From assembly GCA_965205865.1 (NCBI GenBank), contig CBDBHR010000025.1, positions 192,001-256,000 on the forward strand: a stretch of DNA of 64,000 bases. Direction: 5' to 3'. Within the stretch, counting starts at the first letter, position 1. Every line of letters begins with the position of its first letter. This document shows, in pieces, positions 9,629 to 19,891 of the stretch. The DNA is from a bacterium. GTDB lineage: Bacteria; SAR324; NAC60-12. Below the pieces are notes generated by a model, which worked only from the letters and a program-made list of their open reading frames with translations, did no database searches and had not been told where the DNA came from. The position numbers and the translations under genes were made by a program.

Positions 9629-11373
9629 CTTTCAGCGATAAAGAACTCAAACGTCAGCTCAGCCTTGGAGAGGACACTCAATGGGAATTCAAGCAGATCG
9701 TCTTTTCACAGAGTCGCCCAAGAAGTCCAAGCCGCGACGATCTGGCAGATGAGATTGCTGCTTTTGCCAATGCAGACGGGGGAGTACTGCTCTGTGGCGT
9801 CACCGACGAAGGCGTAATTCAAGGTATGTCTCGTGAAGAGATCGTCGAGTTGGATTCTTTTCTGGTCGAGGTTAGCTCCGACTCCATCAAACCGGCCGTT
9901 CGTATCAGCACCTATCACAGAGAACTGGATGGCAAGCGACTTCTCCTGGTTGAAGTACCTCAGAGCGGATCGCAGCACGACAGCCCGGGTGGGAGCTACG
10001 TTCGGGTAGGTGGGTCAAAGCGCCGAATGACAAGCGATGAGCGGTTACGCCTGGCACAGCAGCGTAGCCAAGCGCGATTCCTGTGGTTCGACAAGCAGCC
10101 CGTGCCCAACACCGGATTGGGGACGCTGGACAAAGCGCTTTGGAATCCATTGTTGAACGCAGAAGGCAGGGCCTATCCGGATACGGCGCTAGAAAAAATG
10201 GCTTTTCTCGGACGAGACGAGCACGGTACGGTGCGAGCGACCGTCGCCGGCCTTCTCTTTTGCAGCCACGCCCCGGAAGAATGGTTACCCAACGCTTGCA
10301 TCACCGCCACCTACTACCGCGGTACTGATCGATCCTCCGGCCAACTCGACACCCGGACGATCAGCGGCCCCCTCAATCGACAAATTGCCGAAGTGGTCGC
10401 CTTTGCCTTGCGTAATATGCGCGTTGGAGCCTACAAAGACCCGGCCCGCACGAATTTGCCGCAGTACAGTGCGGAGGCCCTGTTTGAGGCCCTCGCCAAT
10501 GCCGTGGCCCACCGCGACTATTCGATGCGCGACAGTCGGATTCGCCTTTCGATGTTCGCCGACCGTGTCGAAATCCAGTCGCCGGGCGCCTTGGCTAATA
10601 GTTTGAGGGTAGATGAATTGGAATATCGGCAAGCGACACGCAACGAGGTCCTTGCCTCGGTCTTTGGCCGGATGCCAACCAGCGGTATCCAGGGGGCGGG
10701 TGGTCGGCTTTTCATAATGGAGCGCCGCGGAGACGGTGTCCTCGTCATCCGGCGTGAAACCCGCGAACTGGCCGGGCGTTTGCCACGATTTGATTTGATT
10801 GGGGGTGCGGAACTTCGTGTTACTCTACCAGCAGCTTCCACCAAGCCCAGCCCAGCCCGCGTTCTCATTACCGTGCGCGCTGGTGACCAGCCGCTTGCCG
10901 ATGCGGAGGTACTGGTGCTGTTCCCGAATAAGACTTGGAAACGGGCTACGACAGATGCGCTGGGCGAGGTCATTGTCGGCCTTCATACGATTGATCTGCC
11001 GATGACCGTGTTCGCCGCTGTCCACGGCTTTGCCGCGCACTGCGAACACGAGTGGATGCCCGCAGAAGGTGTGCTCGCCATTGAACTGAAGCCACTTCCC
11101 GACGGGGGTGCCGTGATTTTTTCCGAAGGGAACGGCAAAATTCCGGGGCTGAATGGGTGGCTGAATCCGATTCGAGACACCCTCGATCGAACCTATCTCT
11201 ATGCCTCGAACATTGCCATTAACCAAGGCCAGCAGCAGCCGGTGCATTTTGCGCACGGCGAAGACCTACGGCTCACCGATGTCAATGGCGTCGAGATGAG
11301 CGGGCGAATCGTGGAGATTGTGGGCCGGTGCGCGCTGGTGGAATACCGCGCATATCCGGAGGAGAAGGTTTGA
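9625..11373 (+). CDS. Schlafen/AlbA_2 domain + RecG-C/HATPase_c_4-like domain + extra beta-rich C-terminal region
   Basis: GEDTQWEFK...[41 protein letters not shown] and MERRGDG. Confidence 0.85.
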   Translation: MTFSDKELKRQLSLGEDTQWEFKQIVFSQSRPRSPSRDDLADEIAAFANADGGVLLCGVTDEGVIQGMSREEIVELDSFLVEVSSDSIKPAVRISTYHRELDGKRLLLVEVPQSGSQHDSPGGSYVRVGGSKRRMTSDERLRLAQQRSQARFLWFDKQPVPNTGLGTLDKALWNPLLNAEGRAYPDTALEKMAFLGRDEHGTVRATVAGLLFCSHAPEEWLPNACITATYYRGTDRSSGQLDTRTISGPLNRQIAEVVAFALRNMRVGAYKDPARTNLPQYSAEALFEALANAVAHRDYSMRDSRIRLSMFADRVEIQSPGALANSLRVDELEYRQATRNEVLASVFGRMPTSGIQGAGGRLFIMERRGDGVLVIRRETRELAGRLPRFDLIGGAELRVTLPAASTKPSPARVLITVRAGDQPLADAEVLVLFPNKTWKRATTDALGEVIVGLHTIDLPMTVFAAVHGFAAHCEHEWMPAEGVLAIELKPLPDGGAVIFSEGNGKIPGLNGWLNPIRDTLDRTYLYASNIAINQGQQQPVHFAHGEDLRLTDVNGVEMSGRIVEIVGRCALVEYRAYPEEKV

Positions 11374-11375
11374 GT

Positions 11376-11792
11376 ATGCTCAATTACGACAAGTTTTATC
11401 GGTCCCTCAAACGTCTGAAAGAGCAGCACGAAAATTACCGGCAACTCGACGTTTCACTACCGGAACTGACCCGGGAAGCTATCGCGGAATCAGCGATCCG
11501 GCGATTCGAGACCTGTTACGATAGTTTGTGGAAGGTATTGAGACGATACCTGATTGAAGAATTGGGTCTCGCGGAAACGCCCAAGAGTCCCAAGCTCCTC
11601 TTTAAACTGGCCCACGAGAATGACCTGTTCGACGTATCACTGGAGCAATGGCTGAGCTATGCGGACAGACGCGTGGGTACGACCCACGACTACAGTGGTG
11701 AGAAAGCGCAAGCCTGCCTGGACATCATGGACGATTTCATTGACGACGCCATCGGCCTCTACCAGACTATGAGCGGGGAAAAATGGGAATGA
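11376..11792 (+). CDS. HEPN / nucleotidyltransferase substrate-binding (HI0074-like) protein, copy 2
   Basis: AIRRFETCYDSLWK; RVGTTHDY (R-x4-H-x-Y); overlaps the hsdS start. Confidence 0.88.
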   Translation: MLNYDKFYRSLKRLKEQHENYRQLDVSLPELTREAIAESAIRRFETCYDSLWKVLRRYLIEELGLAETPKSPKLLFKLAHENDLFDVSLEQWLSYADRRVGTTHDYSGEKAQACLDIMDDFIDDAIGLYQTMSGEKWE

Positions 11793-13966
11793 ACCGGACC
11801 ATCGACATCACCTCCGAACAGCGCAAAACCCTTCTCGCCTTGCTCGCAAGACATTTACCGAACACGACCACCTGGGTCTATGGCTCCCGCGTCCAATGGA
11901 CCGCACGCCCTCAATCCGATCTCGACATGGTGGTCTTCGCATCCCCATCACAAAACGGCCGGGTTTCCGCACTCAGGGAAGCGCTCGAAGAAAGCAACCT
12001 CCCCTTTCGCGTCGACCTCTTCGTCTGGGATAACATACCCGAACAATTCCACAAACATATCGAAGCAGAGTATGCTGTGTTGGTGGAGAAAGAGCAATTT
12101 GCCGACAGTGAATGTTTGCAAACCATTGGAGAATATTCACCGTTCTCCTACGGTAAAGGGCTACCAGATCGCAAGCGGCATCCATCAGGCCAAGTTCCCG
12201 TATTTGGTTCTAACGGCATAGTGGGATATCATGACATCTCATTGACCAACAGCCCAACAGTTATCGTTGGACGAAAAGGAACAGTTGGAGCAGTTCACTA
12301 CTCGCCGGTTCCATGCTGGCCCATCGATACAACATTTTTTGTGACAGACAGAGACTCAGAAATTCTCAGGTTCAAGTATTATACCTTAAAGAGCCTCTCT
12401 TTCAACAGCATGAACACCGACAGTGCGGTCCCTGGGTTGAATCGGGATGCGGCACATGCACTTTACGTGCGAGTACCCGCGAAGCAGGAACAACGAGCCA
12501 TCGCCCACATCCTGGGCACGTTGGACGACAAGATCGAGTTGAACCGGCGCATGAACGAGACCTTGGAAGCGATGGCGCGGGCGCTGTTCAAATCCTGGTT
12601 CGTCGATTTCGACCCCGTTCATGCGAAAGCCACCCTGAAGCGCCACGATGCCCATCACTCCCCCCTTGAGGGGGAGTCGATGAGGCAAGGGCGAAGCCCG
12701 CAGGCGAATCGGTGGGGGGTCATCAAACGCCAATACAGCCAACAAACCCTGCAAAACGCCAAAGTCCTCCGCCAAAACCAGACGAACGCGGAAGGACTCC
12801 TCTGGCACTACTTACGCAACAAACAAATGGACGGTCACAAGTTCCGACGCCAACAGCCAATTGGTCCCTACATCGTGGACTTTGCCTGCATGCCCCGGAA
12901 ATTGATCGTCGAACTCGATGGTGGCCAACATGCTAAACAAAAAACCTATGATGAAAAGCGTGATACATTTTTAAAGGACAAGGGTTACCGCATACTGCGC
13001 TTCTGGAACAACGAAGTATTCGAGAATTGTTTCGGCATACTGGAGAACATTTATGACGTCCTGCATCATCACCCTCCCCTCGAGGGAGGGTCGAAAGACG
13101 CCAGTCTTTCGGGGAGGGGGTCCCCCCCACCGCATAAACCGTCGCCTGACGGCTCGGTTTATGCGACTCCCCCTCGAGGGGGGAGTGATTTTCATGGGGA
13201 AGCCATGAAGGACGAATTCAGAGACAACACCCCCCAAGGGGGGAGTGAGTGGACCCCGGAACGCGCCCGCGCCTATCTCGACGGAATGGACGACGACATC
13301 ATGTCCCTGTTCCCCGACAGCTTTGAAGACTCCGAGTTGGGAAAAATTCCAAAGGGATGGGAGGTTGGCGTGGTCAGCCAACTCGCGGAAAGAATTCAGA
13401 ATGGGGGAACTCCAAAACGATCCAAACTAAGATATTGGGAGCGTGGAGAAATTCCTTGGCTGACCTCCGGTGAGGTCAGACAGTCTTTTATTCTCGGAAC
13501 CCAGGACTTTATTTCTAAGGATGGTCTTGCAAAAAGCTCAGCGAAAATGGTCCCACCACGTTCAATTCTGGTGGCTCTATACGGTGCAACTGCTGGGCAA
13601 GTGTCCATGAATTATCGGTCTCTTTCAACAAACCAAGCGGTGTCAACCGTAATTCCAAGTACGGGGAACAGGTATTTCTGTTTGGTAAGTCTCAAGTTGG
13701 AAGTGTCTGATCTTGGAAACAGAGCTGTGGGGTCGGCACAGCAAAACATCAGTAAGAAAGTAGTTGAAGAAACTATTGTTCTGCTACCTCAGATTGAACT
13801 TCGATCAGCATATGATTTTATGGTGGAGTCACTTTTTGATCGAATTTTCCACAATCTGTACGAAAACCAAACCCTCTCCGCCCTGCGGGACAAGCTGCTA
13901 CCGAAGCTGGTGTCGGGCGAAATTCGTATCGATGAAATTGAAAAACTGATAGAGACAACAATATGA
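11783..13966 (+). CDS. hsdS: Type I RM specificity subunit with N-terminal minimal nucleotidyltransferase and internal DUF559 nuclease domain
   Basis: MNT GS-x10-DLD; TRD1; conserved [26 protein letters not shown]559 [14 protein letters not shown]...ELDGGQH; ELGKIPKGW; TRD2; LRDKLLPKLVSGEI. Confidence 0.95.
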   Translation: MGMNRTIDITSEQRKTLLALLARHLPNTTTWVYGSRVQWTARPQSDLDMVVFASPSQNGRVSALREALEESNLPFRVDLFVWDNIPEQFHKHIEAEYAVLVEKEQFADSECLQTIGEYSPFSYGKGLPDRKRHPSGQVPVFGSNGIVGYHDISLTNSPTVIVGRKGTVGAVHYSPVPCWPIDTTFFVTDRDSEILRFKYYTLKSLSFNSMNTDSAVPGLNRDAAHALYVRVPAKQEQRAIAHILGTLDDKIELNRRMNETLEAMARALFKSWFVDFDPVHAKATLKRHDAHHSPLEGESMRQGRSPQANRWGVIKRQYSQQTLQNAKVLRQNQTNAEGLLWHYLRNKQMDGHKFRRQQPIGPYIVDFACMPRKLIVELDGGQHAKQKTYDEKRDTFLKDKGYRILRFWNNEVFENCFGILENIYDVLHHHPPLEGGSKDASLSGRGSPPPHKPSPDGSVYATPPRGGSDFHGEAMKDEFRDNTPQGGSEWTPERARAYLDGMDDDIMSLFPDSFEDSELGKIPKGWEVGVVSQLAERIQNGGTPKRSKLRYWERGEIPWLTSGEVRQSFILGTQDFISKDGLAKSSAKMVPPRSILVALYGATAGQVSMNYRSLSTNQAVSTVIPSTGNRYFCLVSLKLEVSDLGNRAVGSAQQNISKKVVEETIVLLPQIELRSAYDFMVESLFDRIFHNLYENQTLSALRDKLLPKLVSGEIRIDEIEKLIETTI
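12657..13246 (+). mobile_element. Putative in-frame DUF559 endonuclease insertion flanked by C/G-rich palindromes
   Basis: Hairpins at 12657-12677, 13071-13091, 13092-13111, 13131-13165 and 13166-13186 surround the DUF559 coding region. Confidence 0.65.
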
Positions 13967-14133
13967 GCGAAACAACAACACAGCAGGTTCCTGATAGCAT
14001 TCTTCCCTATCTCAATGAGATTGCGGAGCGTCTTTGGTCGGGGCGCGCAGCCGTTATGGTAGGGGCAGGGTTCAGCAGAAATGCCAAACCGAACAGTACT
14101 TCATACCCCGACTTTCCTGACTGGTCCCAGCTA

Positions 14134-15967
14134 GACCCTAGCCGAAAAGGGTTTCGAAAATAGTAAATATAACCGATTGGATTCTATTTGATTCTCTATT
14201 TGATTCAATATGACGAGAAAACGATTTATTTTTGTTTTTTATTCGCCCACAGCACAGTTTTTATAGGGAAAAAATCTTTTTTGGACATACTTTCCTCGCC
14301 CCTGCTCATATTTCACACTCCCCCATTGAATATTCAGGCCGCTTGTTTGAGTTGTCTTTTTTTCAACTCAATCATTTTGCAAAAATTATAGGTTAATGCT
14401 TTTTCCAGCAACTCTGCCCGAACGTTTTCAATCCCTCTGCGCATAACTTGTCCGAAATGGAAACGATGCTTAAGATGAAACATCAACGACTCTGCAGCAG
14501 ATCTTCCATTTCGTGATTCCAAATAGATTTCACTTTCCCATTCTTCAATCGGGGTCATCTTTTTTCCCTTTGCCCCACTAATACTAAAAACCTTAACGCC
14601 TTTGCCCATCCACTTTTCTCTGATCGCCTGATTGGCATATCCATCATCAAGGCTCACTTCAGAGGGAATGGTGATGGTGCATCGCAAATGTTCAACAAGG
14701 GCAGGGTCGAGTTGCCCTGAATCAGCAGCATTGCCCTCCGGAGTAATTAACACGGAAATAAAACCATTTCCGCTCCTTCCTAATTGAGGCTTATATCCGA
14801 TAAGCGCTTCTCGATCTCCCTTTTGAATATAAGCCGAACTCTGATCGGAAAGACTCAATACTTTCTCAGTAGAAGGAACCTTCTTTTCTTCAAAAACTCT
14901 TTGATGACAGTAGATGATTACCCGTTGCAAATTAGAAATATCTTCATTCATCATTTCAATGAGGCGAATCAAACGCGTTTTCCGAGAAGGGGGGAGAAGA
15001 GCTTTTTGGGCACGGATATCCACCTTTGCCATTTCTTTTAAAAATTTCCCATGAGCGCTTTGAGCTTTCTTCAATAGGGTTTTGTAATGTTTTTTTCGCT
15101 TCGTTTTACTGTCCTTTTTACCTGTCTCAAAAGCAATCATCTTAGAGAGCTTATTCATCTCCTTGATGAGGAAATCAAAATTTCTTTCACTGATCTTAGC
15201 GATTCCAAATGTATCAAGGGAACGCCCTCGATGGTAGCTTCGCTCCACGAGACGAGTCAATATCGACGAATCAGTAGGCCAAGCTGTATTTCCTTTTACA
15301 GAGGTGCTATCCAGTTTTAAAATATCAAAATCGTCCAACTCTTCATTGAGAACCATTCGAATTTGAGCATCGAAAATAAACTGTCTGGTCTCGTTGCTGA
15401 CAGCATTGACATTATCAAGGATTGTACTCGCTCCCGGCATTTTCAATCCACGGTTGAGCAGAAGCAGATGCAGTGTGATTGACTCTGAAAGAAATATTTG
15501 GGCCGTTTGGGATTTGATACTTCCTAAGTATCCCCGAATCATCATAAAAAGGTAGACTAAAAAAGCCGACATCCGAGGACACCCTATTTCCAGCCTCAGT
15601 TCTTCCGGCTTCAATTCCTCATCTTCTACGGGAAGATGAGGAAGCCATGGATTCCGGGCTTCCTGCCATCGTTTATCCTCTAAACGCTCTTTCTTTTTAT
15701 TTCTTGCGTATTTCTCCAAATCCTGTTCAATTTTGTCCAATATCTCCGGCTCTCGCTCAGACAATTGATCAAGTTCTGATAAGAAATTTTCAAATTCTGT
15801 ATCAGGAGCGCTTAAAAAAAGATGTTTTTCTGCTCGAATGAATGGTTTCATTTTGGGTGCCATAATTCTTAATATTGAAGTTATTCACAGTTATTTCAAT
15901 GAATTATGGCACTTTTTAACCTCAAGTTAAAGATATAATTCTAAAAAATACCTTTTCGGCTAGGATC
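14134..15967 (-). mobile_element. IS5-like (ISNCY/IS5) element, copy 1
   Basis: Inverted repeats GA(C/T)CCTAGCCGAAAAGG; flanking direct repeat within CCAGCTAGA (14127-14135 and 15967-15975). Exact ends are ambiguous by 1-2 nt. Confidence 0.92.
14334..15863 (-). CDS. DDE transposase (IS5-like)
   Basis: LDSTSVKGNTAWPTD, KVLSLSD...IQKG...GYK, LDDGY and RSAAES. Confidence 0.9.
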   Translation of the reverse strand: MAPKMKPFIRAEKHLFLSAPDTEFENFLSELDQLSEREPEILDKIEQDLEKYARNKKKERLEDKRWQEARNPWLPHLPVEDEELKPEELRLEIGCPRMSAFLVYLFMMIRGYLGSIKSQTAQIFLSESITLHLLLLNRGLKMPGASTILDNVNAVSNETRQFIFDAQIRMVLNEELDDFDILKLDSTSVKGNTAWPTDSSILTRLVERSYHRGRSLDTFGIAKISERNFDFLIKEMNKLSKMIAFETGKKDSKTKRKKHYKTLLKKAQSAHGKFLKEMAKVDIRAQKALLPPSRKTRLIRLIEMMNEDISNLQRVIIYCHQRVFEEKKVPSTEKVLSLSDQSSAYIQKGDREALIGYKPQLGRSGNGFISVLITPEGNAADSGQLDPALVEHLRCTITIPSEVSLDDGYANQAIREKWMGKGVKVFSISGAKGKKMTPIEEWESEIYLESRNGRSAAESLMFHLKHRFHFGQVMRRGIENVRAELLEKALTYNFCKMIELKKRQLKQAA

Positions 15968-18900
15968 CAGCTAGATGATTGTTTTACGAGAAGATCCACG
16001 GCAGAAAACCTGGTACTCGGAGCAAATATCTCAGTGTGCCCAAACTAGCGGATGCGGTGCGAGCCGCCTTTGGGCGGCCAGCACTAGACCAGCTATTACG
16101 CGAGGTTATTCCGAATCTGGAATACGAACCATCACCAATCCAAAAGCAGTTACTCAATCTACCTTGGTCGGATGTATTCACGACAAATTACGACACATTA
16201 CTGGAGCGGGCATGCAATGCAGTCATCTCTCAAAGATATGATGTGGTTGTCAATAAAGAGGATCTGACATACTCGCAAAAACCACGAATCATTAAACTGC
16301 ATGGTAGTTTTCCATCTGATCGACCGTTTGTCATTACCGAGGAAGACTACAGGCGTTATCCTGAAAATTTTGCCCCATTCGTAAATACTGTCCGTCAATC
16401 ACTCTTGGAAAATACGCTTTGTCTGGTCGGATTTTCCGGGGACGACCCCAACTTCGTGCAGTGGATCGGATGGATAAGAGATAACTTGGGTGAAAAGAAT
16501 GCTCCCAAAATATATCTCATTGGCCTGTTTAACCTGTCAATCGCGGAGAAAAAACTTCTTGAACAGCGTAACATCTTTCTGGTTGAAATGTCTGAATACC
16601 CTGACATAAAGAGTGAAAATCATTATAAGGCAATGAAACGATTTCTTGAGTACCTACACTTAAGAAAAGAGGATGATAATAATCTTGGATGGCCAAAAGA
16701 AAATGAACTTTCGCATCCAGATCAGGATACAGAAAAAATAGAACAGCTTTCGCGACTTCTCCCAGTCTGGAAAAAACAGCGTCTTTCATACCCAGGATGG
16801 GTAATTGTTCCCGAAGATCGACGTAGCGTTCTTTGGAGAGATACCTTTTCTTGGCTCCATTATCTCTCTGCGACAGACAACCTCCCTGAATTAATCGACC
16901 TCGAATTCGCCTTCGAGCTGAGTTGGCGCATGGAAAAATGTCTCTGTCCGGTCTTCAGTAACCAAGTAGCATTTTTTGAAGCGATACTGGAAAAGTACCT
17001 GCCCTATGACGATGTGGAAACAAAGACTGATTCATTTCACATGCGATCAGCCGAAGTGAATTCTCAAGAGTCTGATCGAATCGATGTCAGGGAAATGTTG
17101 CCACACCTGCTACTGTGGATGTTACGATTTTACCGCGAAGAAGGGTTGTTGGAAAAATGGGCAAGACTGTGTGAAAAGATACAACAAAATGTCGAGAATT
17201 TATCCGCCGGACACAAAGCGTATTTCTACTATGAACGGGGCCTTTATGCGTTGTTTGGTTTGAACTTGCGGGAACTCAAAGAAATTCTGGCAGAATGGCA
17301 GGTCAATGAATCGTTACCATTCTGGGAGGCCAAAAGAGCGGGATTGCTTGCTGAAATCGGGCAAGTGGATGACGCGAAAAAAATTCTTGAACGATCACTG
17401 AAAGATATCCGCTCCAAACTGAATCTGAAATCGATTACATCGGATTATTCCTTGGTTTCACAGGAATCTTTTATAATGCTCTTACTGCAATACGTGCAAA
17501 CATCCGTAGCTTACAACAATGTTGACCGGTCAGAAATTCAAGCGCTTCGCAATGAATTTTCAGAACGCTGGAATGCGCTCAACCAGTATAAATGCGATCC
17601 ATGGAATGAATTGAAACTTTTTAGAAGCACTCTCAAACAACCTCCGGTAAAGCAATCAGAGGTCACAGAAAGGAATGAATTCGACATCGGACGGGTCACA
17701 CGAACGTACCAATTTGGCAGTGGGAATAAGGAAACATTGATCGCGTATAGTTTTCTACGTTTTTGTGAAGATGCGGGCATACCTTTCAAAATACCTGGAA
17801 GCATTATTGGGAAAGAAGCCGCAGAAGGGACGTTATCCTGGATCATGGAGTCTTCCCCGTACTGGGCATTGGCAACCATGGTTAGGATTGGCGATGAAAA
17901 CGTCGTAGATCATATTTTCAACAGGGCGTCCTTATCTAAAAAGGAGACAGCTTTTGTTGACAGTCTTATCGAAAAATATCTCTGCTGCCTTGAGCAAAGC
18001 GTGGCAGGTATCCGTACAGGGAGTGGTTTTCTAATGGACAATTTTGAGAAAGTACTGGCGGGAGTCGTCCCCGAGATTTTATCCAGACTGTGTTGCAAAT
18101 GCTCACCTCAATCAAGAGACCGGCTTTTCGACTTTCTCTTTGGCGTTTACCAGTCGGACCATAGAGGTAAGTATGGAGAAATCCGCAAGCTGACTGAAAG
18201 GCTTTTGAGTGCTTTCCCGGCTCAGCATCGTTATGATTTGATTCCGAGATTGTTGGAGTTTCCTGTCGTTGAAAGTTCCGACCCCATCGAAGCAAGGAAC
18301 TTCATTAATCCGTTTCACTTTCTCAGTCTCGAAATAGAATGGACCGAAACCTGGGACAAGCCGATAATCCCGGACGAAAAAGTAAATATTTTCCTTGAGA
18401 GAGCATCATCTGAACACTCCTACGTGCGGAAATGGGCAACGCACGAACTTGGCGAGTTGCATATCCTGGGACTGTTAACAGATAGTCAGATGGATAAATT
18501 TGCTGAGTCGCTCTGGAGTAACCTGGGTGATTTTGATCTCCCAACTGAAACCGATTACTATAAATTTGCCTTTCTGGAAATGCCTCATCCTCCGAGCATA
18601 GAGCCAATACTATTATTCAAAAACTATGTTGAAAGTGAGCAATTTCCCGTTCAGAAAAATCGCGAAGATCAAAGAATCACTTTTACTGGAGGAGATATCC
18701 CGCTCTGCAACGATATCGATAGAGCCAGCAAGCGTATCGAATGGTCCGAAGACGATGTCAATTCCATACTGGATCGCCTTGTTGAATGGTGGGACGCTGA
18801 CAAGGAGTATTTGAAAGCAGACGACCGCGCCGCCCCATTTGGTTCTCTCGCAGATGAATTCAAAGCGAGGTTTGCGCGTTTGGTGGACGTCTTGGCAGCC

Positions 18901-19569
18901 GTGATTACTCCCAATTTCAATCCGAGTGAAGAAGATTACAGAAAAAAGACGTTAGGGCGCCTAGTCATTGAACTTCTTGACTATGGGATTCCTGCGCTTC
19001 GTCTGCAGAGTGCCTGTCTTCACCTATATCCCGAATGGAAAGATGACGTTTTCCAGAGAATCGAAAACGGAATGACTTCCTCCGATCATGCAACAGTTAT
19101 CGACTGTCTTGAAGCATTTTTGGTCATTGCGGAGAGAAGCGAGTCGGACGCAGATAAAAACGACTTTTCAAGAATCTTGCACGTGTTGGCTCAGATGGTT
19201 CGCTGGCAAAAGAATACGGGTCTGGCGAGCGCACTCTTCACTATCGCTCAACTGACAAAAAAATTTCCTTGGGTCTTTACGGAGGAATTTGAACGGTTGA
19301 CGCTTATGGGGTTGCGTAACATTGCCAGGGATACCGCCACAAATGTGGATGGCGTTGACTTTGCTGATAAGTTGGAGATCCGGCGTGCGGCGGCAAGCCT
19401 GGCATATAACTTATTCGAGCACTACACCAGGCAGGGCAAACCTGCTCCTGATGCGATAACAGAATGGAAGAAAATTTGCCTGTCAGACAATGAATTCGCC
19501 GAAGTCAGAAACCAGTGGATACGACACTAGCTCTGATCTCAAGAAAGCAACCGTAAGGTAAGAATGGAG

Positions 19570-19830
19570 TCAGCGAGGAGCATCTCTACCTCCTTTTAAA
19601 GCAGTTAGATATTAAATCATTCCGTGACGGGAATTGTTCAATATAAGAAAGGCAGAAATTCTTAAAGCTATATCCTTTGTTCTCTCATGAGCCTGTTTTT
19701 CAAATTTTTTGTTAATCTCATGCAACCTATGTTTGCAAGAGTACGAGTAAATTCGGAAGAATCCCGATCCTCTCCACCTCGCGCGATACGCTGCTGCCGA
19801 AGCTGGTATCGAGGAAAATACGGGTGAAAC
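19570..19830 (+). pseudogene. hsdS: Decayed 3' end of a third hsdS (end of a TRD2 plus conserved C-terminus)
   Basis: Across frameshifts it reads HLYLLLKQLDIKSF, VTGIVQ, LMQPMFARVRVNSEESR and RDTLLPKLVSRKIRV. Confidence 0.8.
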
Positions 19831-19891
19831 ACGAGTCGATTCTTCAACCCCTTAAACCAAGTCCAGATAGAAACGAACAAAAGGAAAGGGA

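Larger units (their letters stand above)
13963..19530 (+). pseudogene. dsr1: Large SIR2-domain defence protein (Dsr1-like) interrupted by an IS
   Basis: 5' part has VMVGAGFSRNA...PDWSQL; 3' part has FTTNYDTLLE, IIKLHGS and GFSGDDPNF plus a long helical C-terminus; about 1240 aa if rejoined. Confidence 0.75.

Noticed and set aside
12657-13246. Intein in HsdS
   Set aside because: No Cys/Ser start block or His-Asn end; the domain is DUF559, not LAGLIDADG.
4980-13966. Invertible hsdS shufflon
   Set aside because: The hsdS copies are in direct orientation; no inverted repeats or recombinase were found.
15976-15978. Sec readthrough at the TGA before the Dsr1 3' ORF or in the hsdR scar
   Set aside because: These are not Cys positions and have no SECIS-like hairpin; frameshift and Trp-codon decay explain them.
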